The position numbers were made by a program, and so were the translations under genes. A stretch of 62,871 nt of DNA, filler included, from Neoconidiobolus thromboides FSU 785 (taxonomy: Eukaryota; Fungi; Entomophthoromycota), in assembly GCA_025603075.1 (NCBI GenBank). It is 4 parts of 4 records of this genome, joined end to end, with 100 filler letters (N's around TTAATTAATTAA, not from the genome) between each part and the next. Parts side by side here need not be neighbours in the genome. Positions count along the whole stretch, not along the records: positions 1 to 31,536 come from MU626478.1; 3 more parts are not named here. The stretch is one strand, 5' to 3'. Below are positions 13,773 to 26,162 of the stretch, piece by piece. The stretch's first letter is position 1; each line of letters opens with the position of its first letter. A model generated the notes under the pieces. The model saw only the letters and a program-made list of their open reading frames with translations. It had not been told where the DNA came from and did no database searches.

Positions 13773-16207
13773 TTAATCAATATCCATATCGTCTTGTTCT
13801 TGTTTTGGCTCTTCTGTAGCTTTTTCTGGAGATTGTTCACCTGAAGCTGGTTTAGGCTCTTCTACTTTAGGGGCTGGTTTAGGTTTACTTAAGATTGGAT
13901 TAGCTAAATATTGTAATTGATCTTGGCTTTGTTTGATTTGTGCAGAAGTGACCTTTGGTGTCTCGTATTTTGGTAAACTTTCAATGGTAGCTAATTCTGT
14001 CTTTAACCATTTTTCAAGTTCATTACATTTATTGACAATCTTTTCAAGTTCTTCTGGTGCAATATGATCATATTTTACATCACCACCAATAGCTAAATTA
14101 CGGTAACGTTCAATTTCTTTTTTGAGGTTTTCAGCAGCAAATGGACGTTGGCTTGATTCACGATATCTAGCAATAACTGGTGCTCCTATTTGGTTTAATT
14201 CTTCAATCTTGGATACATAGACACTCTTGGTAGTGTCTTCACCATCACCGTATAACCAATCTTCAACTTCATTTAAGGAAGCAATAAATGAGTCTTTAAT
14301 AGTTGGATCAATATAACTAGAATAAGCTCCACTAAGTTTTGAGCGAGTATCATAAACATATTCTTCTAAAGCATTTTTAGCATGCTCAGTATCGGTGACT
14401 AATTTATCTGAAGCGTACATATCATTTTCAACTTCTTTATAACGACCAAGGATATTTTCATCAAGGCTGTTAGTTTGACTAACAACTGGAAGGTCATGTT
14501 TTTTAATAACCTTTTTGGTTTTTGGTGGGTCTTCTGGGTTATCACCTTCAGCTGGCTCTTCAGTTTGAATGATCTCTTCAGCAATATGAGCTGATTCAAC
14601 ATTAATGACACCATGAAGATTGACTCTAGCTTTAACTTTTACGGTTGAAAGTTCACCATCTTTAAGGGAAGTAACATTTTTGACAGAGAAAGTTCCGATC
14701 CATGGGTTAGTGCCAGCTGGTAGTTTTTTTGGGTTAGAATAATTAGCCTGGAACTCAAATGGCTCTTTACGGTAGAAAGTTAAAATCTTTGAGCTTGGTA
14801 CTGGGTTTTTGAAACTAAAAACATCGACTTCGGAATCAGCACCTCCTTCAGTAGAAGTCCAGGTGAATTTAACTGGGAAATTAAGGATATCAGTAACTGA
14901 GAAATCACGTACCTTAAAGACAGGTGAGAGGATAGCACATTGAAGAGCACAACCACGAGAAACAGCTTCATCTTGATTAAGTGTGAAGCTTAGCTCTTTT
15001 CCTAAAAGAGATGAGATCTTCTCTTTGACAGTTGGGATACGACTAGTTCCGCCTACAATCTCAACACTGTAAATTTGATCAGTACCCCATCCAACCTCAG
15101 CAATAACATCTGAAAGTGGTTTAGCGAGACGTTCTAATTGATCTTGAATCAATTCTTCAAATTCTTCTCTTTTCATTAATGCAGATACATCCCTATCCTC
15201 CATGATAGATTCAATATTAAGTGGAGCTTGGCTGTTAGCGGAAAGAACTTTCTTTAATTTTTCTACTCCAGTACGAAGACGGAAAGTAGCTTTAGGGTTG
15301 CTGAGAATATCAATCTTATATTTTTCTTTGAAAACTTGAGCAAAATGATTGACTAAAAGTTCATCAATATAGCGACCACCTACTTTGTTATCATAAGCAG
15401 TAGCTTTAACATTGAGCTGACCTTTGATATATGAAACAGCAGCAACTGAATAAGAAGAGTGACCAACATCAACGATGATAACGTTACGTGGTTCGGTTTC
15501 TGGTAAATCAGTCTTGGTGATACCATAACCAAGAGCAGAAGCAGTGATTTCGTTCATAATTCTCAAGCAGTTGAGGTTGGCGATTTGACAAGCGTCTAAA
15601 AGAGCACGTCTTTGTCTATCATTAAACCATCCAGGAACTGAGACTACAACATCAGAGCATGGAAGTTTAAGTTCATTAGCAGCAGTATCACGAAGTTTTC
15701 CGAGATACATACCCATAAGTTGAGTGGCAGTGAAGGTAGTTGGTTCCCCTTTAAAGTTAACTTTAACACCAACTTGTCCATCAACATCAACAAGTTCAGC
15801 ATTGATAAATCTCTTTTCTACTTCGATTTCTGGGTCATTGAAAGATCTACCAATAATACGTTTTAAAGAACCAACAGTATTTTTGAAATTGGAAACTTCC
15901 TATTATTAACTTAATAAAAAGAATATCTAAAATGAAAAAATAAATACCTGAGTTTTGGCAGATTCGCCAATATATCTTTGTTTAGTACCAAATGAAACTA
16001 AAGAACTAAATAATATTAATACCTTATTTTCAATATTAGTATTATAACTTACGGTGTATCACGGTTGGATACTTCATTAGTGATAACATCGATACCACGA
16101 TTTCTAGCAACAGCAATGTAAGAAGAAAGATTACCTAAGTCAATACCTAATAATGGTTAAGATTATGTATGTATTGTTATAATAACGGACATACCAACAA
16201 CTGACAT
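13773..16207 (-). CDS. SSE1: Hsp110/Sse-type Hsp70 nucleotide-exchange chaperone, multi-exon
   Basis: Spliced N-terminus [36 protein letters not shown]. Also [33 protein letters not shown] and C-terminal MDID. Confidence 0.95.
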
Positions 16208-16404
16208 TTTTTTAAATTTTAGTGTAAAACTATTTTAATGAAAAACAGAAATTTAAATATCTTATATATATTTTAACCTCGAGTCTTCCAATTATATTTC
16301 GAGAACAAAATCAAATCATATAAATTTTAGAACAATTTTAATGCTTTTAATTTGATAAAATTTAATTCTTTTACCCTTTTGAAATTCATAATTCGGCTTT
16401 TTCT

Positions 16405-16422
16405 TTCTAGCAAATTCTAGAG
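16405..16422. promoter_or_regulatory. Probable heat-shock element upstream of Hsp110
   Basis: TTCtaGCAaaTTCtaGAG is four alternating nGAAn units (two imperfect), about 200 bp before the ATG. A second TTCgaGAA lies at 16298-16305. Confidence 0.55.
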
Positions 16423-17362
16423 GTGAAATTGGGTTAGAAGTGGTAATTCAAAATGCTCACCTTTTTATTCAACTGATTCAATTGGGAATGTTTTTTTTAG
16501 CTTTAACATTTTGTCCATTTTTTAAGAACTGCTGAGTAAAAAGATTCTTATTAGAATTCTTATATAAAAAACATAGCCTATTATCTACATTAACCTTAAC
16601 TATTCATTCATAATGAGCATAATATTATATTACTTCTATTATTTTATAAACAAGATTTTATAAAATATTATGAAGTATTAACAAAAAGATATCCAAAACA
16701 ATATAATATTAAAGTAATCCTTTTAACCTGATATATTTATATTAAATCATGCATTATCCATAAATCAAAATAAAACCATCACGATAAATATTTTTTAGTT
16801 TTAATACTAAATTAATAATATAAAGTATTATATATAGATATTTTTTATAAACTTTAAATTAACAAAATTAGATAATTAAACTGTATTTTTAATATATAAA
16901 GTTTGTCAAGATGAAACTAAATAGTTGAATATGCTTTAGATAGATTTATACCATATTAAAATATCTATTCAAAATAAGTTCCCTATAAATAACATTATAT
17001 TAAAGTCACAAAAAACACTATAAGTATTAACTAAAAACTCAGATGTGCAGTCAAACGTTATTTATATTGTATTATTACTTTAAATGTAACTTGGGTTTAT
17101 TTATGATTTGATATTTTATTTAGAATATTATTGATGGCACATTTCAAACTTTAAACCTTGATTTTCAAATATACTTAAAATAGAAAATACTTTTAGAAAT
17201 GAAATGATTCTAAATAAAGATATTTAAATTTAAATGATAGTCAATTAAGATAAGCATATTTATAAATAAAATAAAATAAAATGAAACATTATAAAATAAG
17301 TCTATATAAATACAGGTGGAAGTATAGGATAATAATTAAACTTCTGGAAAGTTAATTTTAGA

Positions 17363-17947
17363 ATGAGATTAAACAACCCATATTCTATACTAATAACTAC
17401 TGTCTTATTACAAGGTACACTGTTGGCCGAAAAGGCCGAAAAGGCGGGAAATGCACCGGAAATAGCTAAAAACATGCCCCCACCTCCAGGAAGAGGTAGT
17501 TGTTCAAGAGATGGCGACATGTTTTGTAATGGACAAGGCTTTGACACATGTGATCATGGTCAATTAGTTTATAGAGCTTGTGCACCTGGAACCACATGTA
17601 GACAAATTAAACCAACTACAATCCTTTGTGATTATCCACAAAGAATAATGCCTCCTCGTCCAGATCCTTATGACAATCCTCCTCGTCCAGATCCTTATGA
17701 TAGTCCTCCTCGTCCAGACCCATACGGTTCACCTCGTCCAGATCCGTACGGTTCTCCACGCCCTGATCCATATGGTCATCCTCGTCCAGACCCATACGGT
17801 TCACCTCGTCCAGATCCATATGGTCCTCCACGTCCTGATCCATATGGTCCTCCTCCACGTCCTGATCCATATGGTTCTCCACGTCCTGATCCGTACGGTC
17901 CTCCTCCACGTCCTGATCCATATAATTCACCACCTCCAAATTACTGA
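17363..17947 (+). CDS. Secreted CBM19-like chitin-binding protein with PRPDPY tandem repeats
   Basis: Hydrophobic N-terminus, Cys module CSRDGDMFCNGQGFDTCDHGQLVYRACAPGTTC...ILCD, then 11 RPDPY repeats. Confidence 0.8.
   Translation: MRLNNPYSILITTVLLQGTLLAEKAEKAGNAPEIAKNMPPPPGRGSCSRDGDMFCNGQGFDTCDHGQLVYRACAPGTTCRQIKPTTILCDYPQRIMPPRPDPYDNPPRPDPYDSPPRPDPYGSPRPDPYGSPRPDPYGHPRPDPYGSPRPDPYGPPRPDPYGPPPRPDPYGSPRPDPYGPPPRPDPYNSPPPNY
17651..17923 (+). repeat. Coding minisatellite, 24-27 bp units, 11 copies
   Basis: Repeated cc(t/a)cg(t/c)cc(a/t)ga(t/c)cc(a/g/t)ta(t/c)gg..., encoding (P)PRPDPYG(S/P/H). Confidence 0.9.
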
Positions 17948-18261
17948 TTTAAAATATTAAATAAAACGAATTTTTAATACTTTAGTTTTTTTCATTATTA
18001 GCTATGCCAAAATTTATGTTATCCTTAACATTAATAAATATTTATGATATTAAATAGTAGTAACATTGAATTTTTACTTTAAGATCTTCACAATATTTTT
18101 AGTAAATTATTAATTACTATGAATTATAGATAAAGTCTATAAATTCATGATGACGATGTTATTTAAATTATGACTTTTTTTTATTTGCTGTCAATTATCA
18201 TCTGATTATTTGAAATATATATAAAGCAATTATGCTTGTTGTGGTATTTTTTATTTATAAT

Positions 18262-19841
18262 ATGAATTACTTAAGGCAATTAAAATATTCAACTAGAAGA
18301 AGCATTGATGGACCATTAAAAGATATCAAAGTAATTGATCTCACAAGAGTATTAGGTAGTCAGATAAATACTGTTTAAATAGTGGACTATAATTAAGTAT
18401 TAGCTGGTCCTTATTGTACTATGTTATTAGGAGATATGGGGTAAATTATCGATATAAATTAATATTATAAATGAAAACCATATTATCAAAAATGAAACTA
18501 ATTTATCTAGTGCAGATATAATTAAAATAGAAAGGCCTGAACTCGGAGATGATACTCGTTCTTGGGGACCTCCATTTAAAAAAGCAATAACCCCAGAACA
18601 TTCAGCAGAGAGTGCTTATTTTTTAGCTGTAAATAGGAATAAACGTTCATTAACTTTAAATATAAAAGAAAAAGTTGGAAAAGAAATATTATATAAATTA
18701 ATTAAAGAGGCAGATGTATTAGTCGAAAATTACCTACCTGGTAAATTAGATGAATTGGGATTAAGTTACAAAATATTAAATGAAATAAATCCAAAATTAA
18801 TTTATGCTTCAATAACTGGTAATATGATAACATAATATAAAGTTATTTATTTATTTGTAGGCTATGGTCCAAGTGGTCCATATAAAAATAAACCAGGATA
18901 CGATGTAATGGTAGAAGCAGAAGGAGGTTTAATGCATATAACTGGAGAAAAAGAAGGTAGTCCAGTTAAAGTAGGAGTAGCAATAACAGGTAAACAAAAT
19001 TGTATAAAAACAAACATTTTATGTTAAATTACTATTTATCATATGTTAAATAGATATAACGACAGGTTAACAATATTATATTTTAATGATATTATCATTT
19101 ATTTTGTATTAGGATTATACGCCCATGGTTCTATAATAGCAGCATTATTTAAAAGATTTAAAACAAATAAAGGTCAAAAACTAGATATATCATTAATTGA
19201 AAGTCAAATAGCATGTTTAGCTAATATAGCAAGTTCTTATTTAATTGGAGATATAAATAGTCAAAGACAAGGTACAGAACATGGATCAATTGTACCTTAT
19301 CAATCATTTCCAACTAAAGATGGTAATATAGTGATAGGAGCAGGGAATGACAAACAATTTAAAATATTATGTGAAAATGTCATAAAAGATGTTCAATTAC
19401 TAAATAATTCAAAATTTAAAAATAATTCAGAAAGAGTAAAAAATCGTATTGAATTAATTTCAATATTATCAAATTATTTCAAATCTAAAGACACTAAAGA
19501 ATGGTTAAATATTCTAAAGGATTTTCAAATACCCTATGCTCCTATTAATGATATAAAAGCAGCATTACAACATCCTCAAGTAATTAATAGAAATATGATA
19601 CAGTCAATTTTACATCCAACTTTAGGCAACATTAAATTAGTTGGTAAATTAATAATATTAAATTGAATTGAATCAACTAATTAGTATTAACTTATTAGGC
19701 CCAGCAGTAAAATATTCTGATAAAGATGTTTATATACGCTCACCACCACCAACACTTGGTCAACACAATAACGAAATTTTAATGAATTTAGGGTATTCGT
19801 TAAAAACAATTAATGAATTTAAAAATAATGGAGTTATTTAA
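18262..19841 (+). CDS. CaiB/BaiF class III CoA-transferase (SUGCT-like, probably mitochondrial), multi-exon
   Basis: Spliced [35 protein letters not shown]...GDDTRSWGPPF, AVNRNKRSLTL, ENYLPG, PGYDVMVEAEGGLMHITG, HGSIVPYQSF, PPTLGQH. Confidence 0.92.
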
Positions 19842-20711
19842 TTAAATTGATTGAATTGATTAAATTTAATAAAGTATAAAATAAATGTTTTACTTTAATA
19901 ATATTTATTATTGTTTTAAGAATAATAAATAATAATAATGTCTTTTTAAACTTTATACATAAACTTTTGTAAAAAAGGCTATATCCTCATATAATTTTAA
20001 CCTTCTAGTTTAATAATAATTCTTAATATATGAATCATTATTTTAATTAATTTTATTGATAATATATATTATTATTTGCGTAAATTTTTAAAGAGTTGGT
20101 AGTGTTAAAGATTTGATATCATAAATAGTTGTTTCCCTCTCTCTTACCTTATCCGTTTCTTTTGCTATCAGTTTACACAGTTCTTTTTATTAGAAAATTC
20201 ACAAATCCTACGAAGTTTTCCATTATCAAGGAGACTAAAAGTATTCTCTTACTATTATTTTTATTGAATAAAAAAAAAGATTGGAAAAAGGTTAGGCTAA
20301 TTAATAATATTAAAATGAAAGAAGCTCTCTCCTCATGGCCTTTACCTTCTGTTTATTACTCTTTTTTATTTACATTCGTTAGTAAACCTTTGAGGAGCCT
20401 ATATCTCTTTCAAGAACATAAAAAACTTACTTCTAATTTTTAATAATATATAATATATTTTATTTTAATAAAAATATTTAAGTGTTTTTATTATACTGAA
20501 AATATTACTAAAAATGGTTTAAACATCTCAATTGATAACCAATTAACCGCTAATTTGGTAGATAAATAATTTAATGACCTAATTTTAAATAATATGAGAG
20601 GTTTATTATTAAAAATAATGATGAGTTTATTAAACTTTTATAAATGAAACGAAACATCAATATGAAGTAAAATAAACTTTGCTTTTATTCCTTTTTACTA
20701 AAAGATAAACA

Positions 20712-21284
20712 ATGAAAAAAATAGCAGAGAGTTATTTAAAAAGTAATTCAACTAGTGATTGTATCAAGTGTAACCAAGAGAGAATAACTTGTAAGGGATG
20801 TTATTCTGATAGTCTGTGTATAATTTCGGAGAAAACATGCTTTGAGTGCCCTAAAGCAACTTGTATACAAAAATCAATATTAGAAAACATACCAATAAAT
20901 AAAATGAGTAATACTACAATAATAATTATTAGTCTCCTCGTTGTTTCAATAATATCTTTGATATTGGTAATTCTAGTAATGATAAGAAGGAAATATTTTA
21001 AGGAAAGTTATATTAATCTCAAAGAGAAAAAACATACCAATGATGATTCATTTTTACGCAAACTGCTCAATAGTAATAATGAGAACTCTTTTTTAAACAA
21101 GTTAGTTAATAAGAACCATAAACGTGATTCATCTACATTTTCAATGTTGAACTTTGCTTGGGATGAAGGAGATGAATTGGATCAAGAGATTAGCTTTGAA
21201 GAGATGTTAAAAACCGACCCAAAAGAAGTATGTAAATTTGAAATCTGTAAACTGGAAAAAGCTAAATTATTCGAGATTCGCTAA
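20712..21284 (+). CDS. Opy2-like single-pass membrane protein
   Basis: Eight-Cys module CIKC-x6-CKGC-x5-C-x6-CFEC-x4-C followed by one TM helix and a polybasic stop-transfer segment (IRRK). No signal peptide, as in Opy2. Confidence 0.65.
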   Translation: MKKIAESYLKSNSTSDCIKCNQERITCKGCYSDSLCIISEKTCFECPKATCIQKSILENIPINKMSNTTIIIISLLVVSIISLILVILVMIRRKYFKESYINLKEKKHTNDDSFLRKLLNSNNENSFLNKLVNKNHKRDSSTFSMLNFAWDEGDELDQEISFEEMLKTDPKEVCKFEICKLEKAKLFEIR

Positions 21285-21667
21285 TATGTTAATTAATTTT
21301 TATTATTAATTTTTTATTAATAAAATTAATATCTGATATTTATTGTTAATTCAATTATACTCTTCGAGATAAATTGTTATTTAGTTATTAATCTTCATAA
21401 TCACATAAATATTGTATAATCTAATGACCTTTTGCTCCATATATAATGTTAGTTACAAAACAAACTATCAATATTATAAAATACTATTTAATCGAGATTA
21501 ACGATTTAAATAAAAATATTTGATATCTAAAGTTCAATTAAAATTTTAATTAAAAATTATTCATTATAGATTTATAAACTAAATAGATTGATTTTATGTA
21601 AAATACAATAGAGTATTAAAAATACAGATAAGTGGGACAACGAAAAGGATCCTAAAAACTTTTAAGT

Positions 21668-24600
21668 TTAAAATTCTTTTTTAGAAGCAATAGCTATTAA
21701 TTCAGGATAATATAATACAGAATTAAAATGAGGTGTAAAATGTTGAGTTAATGCAACTGATAAATCTTTGGCCCTTGATTTTTGGATTTTATCGGCTTCT
21801 TCAAAAGCGTCCTCTGAGTTATCTAAAGTTGAGCATAACTCATCTTCTATTTTTTGTAATGCTTCATCTTGGTTTTCTTGAAGCATATCAATAGTCCTTT
21901 CAAAGCTACATGTCCATGAGATTAAATTTTCATGAGTTTCCAAAGCAAAAAGGTATTTTTTTACATTTTGTTGTATATTATTATTATTAGGAGGTTGATT
22001 TTTCAAATCTTCTGAATTTACAACATCATAATTTGGCATGATAATATCAGGGTGATTAAGTTCATCGTTTTTGTTTCCGCCTGAGTTAGTAAATGAAAGA
22101 GAGAAGGCATGCTTCATAAAATTCTGTTCTACAATTATAGGTAAAGAGGGGATAAACCTTAACTTTGATGAATGCTGTCCGATTGGTATAAACATTAAAC
22201 TCTTTTTCCCTGGCGTATCTCCTATTATTTTAAAGGTTTGGGTTGGGTTTGAATCAAATACTATCTCTGGTGGATCACATTTTATATCTTCACCATGAGC
22301 TAATAATCTCAAACCCGGACAAGGAGCAGACAGAGTAATTTCAATAGAGTCAGAGTGTTCATTTACGATAATTTTACGTGAGAAATTATTATCAATTTTG
22401 AGCTCAATTTTTTCTTGGGATTCATTATTAACTATTAGTGGTGATTCCGAGATTGAATCATACATGTCAATTAAGAGATGTTCAGGCAGTGTATTGGTTG
22501 AATCAAACTTTCTAACATTGGTTAAAAATAATTCTTTACTTAGGCTACCTTTTCCTTTATCATCAATCTCTAACAATGATACAACTAACAAAAGTGTAAG
22601 TTCGCTTCGGAAGTTAGTAGTTGAGCGATTTGCTTGATGCCAGCGTGTAGCAAATTTATCCAATATTAATTCAGATGAATTTGTCCCCAATTTTAAAACA
22701 AGGCAAGTCGACAATACTCGTAGAGCGAGGTCCAATCTCAAACCTGTCCAATTAAAGTGATTTAGAAAGGAGATCAAAATCGCATGATTATTTGTCTGCC
22801 CAACATAATTAGTTAATTGAAGACGAGATAGTTCAGGTGTAAAATAAATGAATTTCGAAATAGAAGGTGGTTCCAAATGAAGCAAACCTCTAGCAATTAG
22901 ATATGAAATTGCAGCATTTGGATCGATTTCAAATCTACGTATAGCAGATAATATTATGGGATGATATTTGTTTTCACTACTTTTCTCTTTGTTGCTTTGA
23001 TTACGGGCTGTAACTGCATTTATTACATCTAAACTTATTACCTTTTTTATCTCAAAGTATGCTTCGCTAATATTAAAATCAGGGGAATCAGAAGACTCCA
23101 TTGACTTTGCAATAACTAACAAATGCTCAAACAAAAAGAGAAATCTAGATTTCCATGCTGATCCACTAATTACTTGCCTAACCGGGCCTTGAAATATAAG
23201 GTTATATACAGGGGTGGTATATGAAGAAATTATTTGATTAAATGCTGAATTATAAATATCATTTCCTTTGTTAGAGTGTGATCCATTAACATCACTATTA
23301 TGTGAATCAATGATATCGCCTTCTTTATTACTATAGTTGTTACCAGAATGTATGCTCTTCATATCAGCTGAATGTGAATCAGGGATGGTATATGGCGAAT
23401 CAGGGATATGGTCCATCTGAGAGTAAGCAGCTAAATCATTCACTAATTGATTGATTTCAAGGCTGTTTATATTCTTAGGTGGTAATCCAGCAGAATTTGG
23501 CTCTGATCTAGTAAATTTCCCAGATTTAGTAGAATGAGCAAGGCTAGTAGTTGAATTGGAGGTTTTAGTAAGATTTGGTCTTCTAACTGATTTTGGGGGA
23601 ATAAAAAAATAGTCTGGGGATTCATTATTATTTTCATTAGAATAATTGTTATTTTTCGCTGAAGATGGACTATTCAGTTTTTCTGAAGTTTTTATATCGT
23701 CTAAAAGAGAATCGGAACTTTGAATAACTAATGGCATCAAGTTAACTTCAGGAGATTCGATCACCACTCTATGAACTAATGGTGCAGAGTTCATATTAGT
23801 ACAGGTTAATTGAACATCACTTTGGTCTTGTTTTGATGGAGATTTAGTTTTGTTTGAAGAAAATTTATCAAAAAATTGCTTAAAAGATTTGATCATTTCG
23901 TTCCCTCCTATTTTCCCAGTCGTTGCTGATCTCTCTAAGCTAATTTTTTTGTGCTCTTTTTCTTTTAATGTGGCCACATTCGATGTGTTTGAGCGATTCA
24001 AATCCTTCCTCAAATCTGGAGGTCCTTCATCATTTTTTCCAGGATATTTTTCCGGGATGACCTTCCTCCCAGTCCATTTAAATGATTTCATTCTTCCAAT
24101 ACCATTATTTACTTTTGATGAATCTAAATAAATTGCTAATTAAATTAAAAATAAAAACTAATATTGTTTTACTTTCTATTTTTTTGTCATTTTCCGAGTT
24201 TTTTCTACCAGAACTTTTACTTCTTTTGCCAAAAGTTAAAAGCCTTTTAAATGTAGATCCTGCTGTAGATTTTTGCTCATTATTAAGTGTTTCATTTTTA
24301 TCATCCAAATCATCACTTATATTTTCATTTTTTAAGTTTTTTAATGATTTCGACCTCTCTAAACTTAATCCCTTATTTTTCTCGTCTAATTGGCTCCCAT
24401 TCTAGAATATTTTTAATACCATTAAGTATAATAATTGTAATACAAACATTACCTCTTTATCAAATAAAGCATTTCCATTTAAACCATGATTTGATATATT
24501 AAATGATCTTGATCTTCTGAGGTGCGCTTTATTATTTTTTAGTTTTATTAGTGGGTTTTTTTCTAAAGTCTCAGTAGTTAAAGTACCTTTTTTTATAATT

Positions 24601-25272
24601 GGAAATTTAACATCTTCAGATACCAACAGATTTTTATTCTCAGCTTCATTTTTTTGATCATATTTGCTAGCTAAAAACCCTAAGGGATCTGGTGTATAAA
24701 TTTGACCAGGTGAAGGCAGTAGTGGGATTGAGTTTTGTACTGTTAATTCCCCTGACGTTGTACTAAATCTATCTTCTTTAAAAGGATTTGTAAGTCTAAG
24801 TTGATTTAGATGCAATTTAGATTTGCGATGACTTTGTGCTTTTCTTGTTAACAGATTTGAATGTATATTATTTACTCTACTACGTGTATACGTTTTCCTT
24901 TTGGAAGAACCTATTTTTTGATTAAATTCTCTTGGATACTAGTAATATATAATAGTAAATACCTGAATCACCACTGTTTGATGGTGAATGTTTAACCTTG
25001 GATCCCTGTTTGAGTTTAGAATGTTTAATATTCTTCAAATTATGCTTTTTATTATTAACTCCTCGCTCTAAAACTTCTGCATCTGGTATAAATCCAGGAT
25101 ATTTTTCTTTAGCTTTTTGTAAAGCATTGTCATCTAAATCTATAACATAAACTTCTGCCGAAGGCTCACCCTCATCTTTGGGTTTATTAAGTCGAGTTAA
25201 TGTAGCTTTTCTTAAAAGTTGTACTGCATTTTTACGTTCAACTGGCTTTACATCACTATTTTCTCTGACCAT
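21668..25272 (-). CDS. PH + degenerate Sec7 domain protein, about 4 exons
   Basis: ORFs 24922-25272, 24402-24815, 24105-24308 and 21668-24091 are linked by GT-AG introns. PH segment LIFQGPV...RFLFLFEHLLVIAK; Sec7-like FEIDPNAAISYLI...LTNYVG...FNWTGLRLDLALR...DKFATRW. Confidence 0.75.
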
Positions 25273-26162
25273 TTATCCTTAATAACCTTATTTAATTAAA
25301 TTCATATACTAGACAAATATATTATAATTACCTCAAAATAAATCAAAAACTATTAAATATTAAGTTATTATTATTATATTATTTATTCAAAACTAATTAA
25401 AAAATATATTCTTTAAGTTTATGTTAGCTAAAGCTTTAACTTTTAAAGCAGTTTCCCCCTTAAAAATTTATTAAAACTTTACACCTATTGCAAACTAAAA
25501 ATAGGTTGGAACATAAAGAATTATAAACTTGGCATTTTAATATGATCCAAAAATTTATGTAAAACAAATTAAATCCATCTGGGCATGAAATCCCGCAACT
25601 TAATTGGATATTGATCTAATCCGCCTTTTTTAGTTTCCCCTTACTCAATTCACTTAATATACATTTTATTTGCTAAAATTAAGTTTTATTTTTAGTAATT
25701 TAATATTTTACCATTAAAATATTTAATTTATATTTACTAGTAACTAATAATATTTATATTGTTCAAATTTTATAGAATCATTCTTTTATAAAAAATATTC
25801 AATGCTTTTTCAATTATATTGAATAAAAAGCATATTTAAAATATCAAAATTATTTAAAAAAACAAAACTTGGTAATATTAAAGTGTGGAAATTAAGTTTA
25901 TAAATCGAATTACAATACTCATATTTATTAAAAATATCCAATATAAAAAGTTATATTTTGAATATATTTCATAGTATTTTTACTCATATTTGGCAAGTAT
26001 CATAAATTTACTCTAAATATCATAATTTAACAAAATATTAATAAAACATCAAACGAAAGCATTATATTACCTCCACATTAAAAAGCTGAACATCAAGTAA
26101 AAAAACTACATTTTAATTTATTAGCTTTATGTTGTCTAAAATACCTATCCTCGAATGCTAAT

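Noticed and set aside
17651-17923. CRISPR-like array
   Set aside because: In-frame coding tandem repeat without unique spacers in a eukaryotic genome.
17616-17960. Acidic repeat ORF on the minus strand and alternate-frame plus ORF
   Set aside because: By-products of the PRPDPY minisatellite; the signal-peptide/CBM frame explains the region.
24082-25272. Several short ORFs as independent genes
   Set aside because: GT-AG sites join the minus-strand ones into the Sec7-like gene; the plus-strand ones are shadows.
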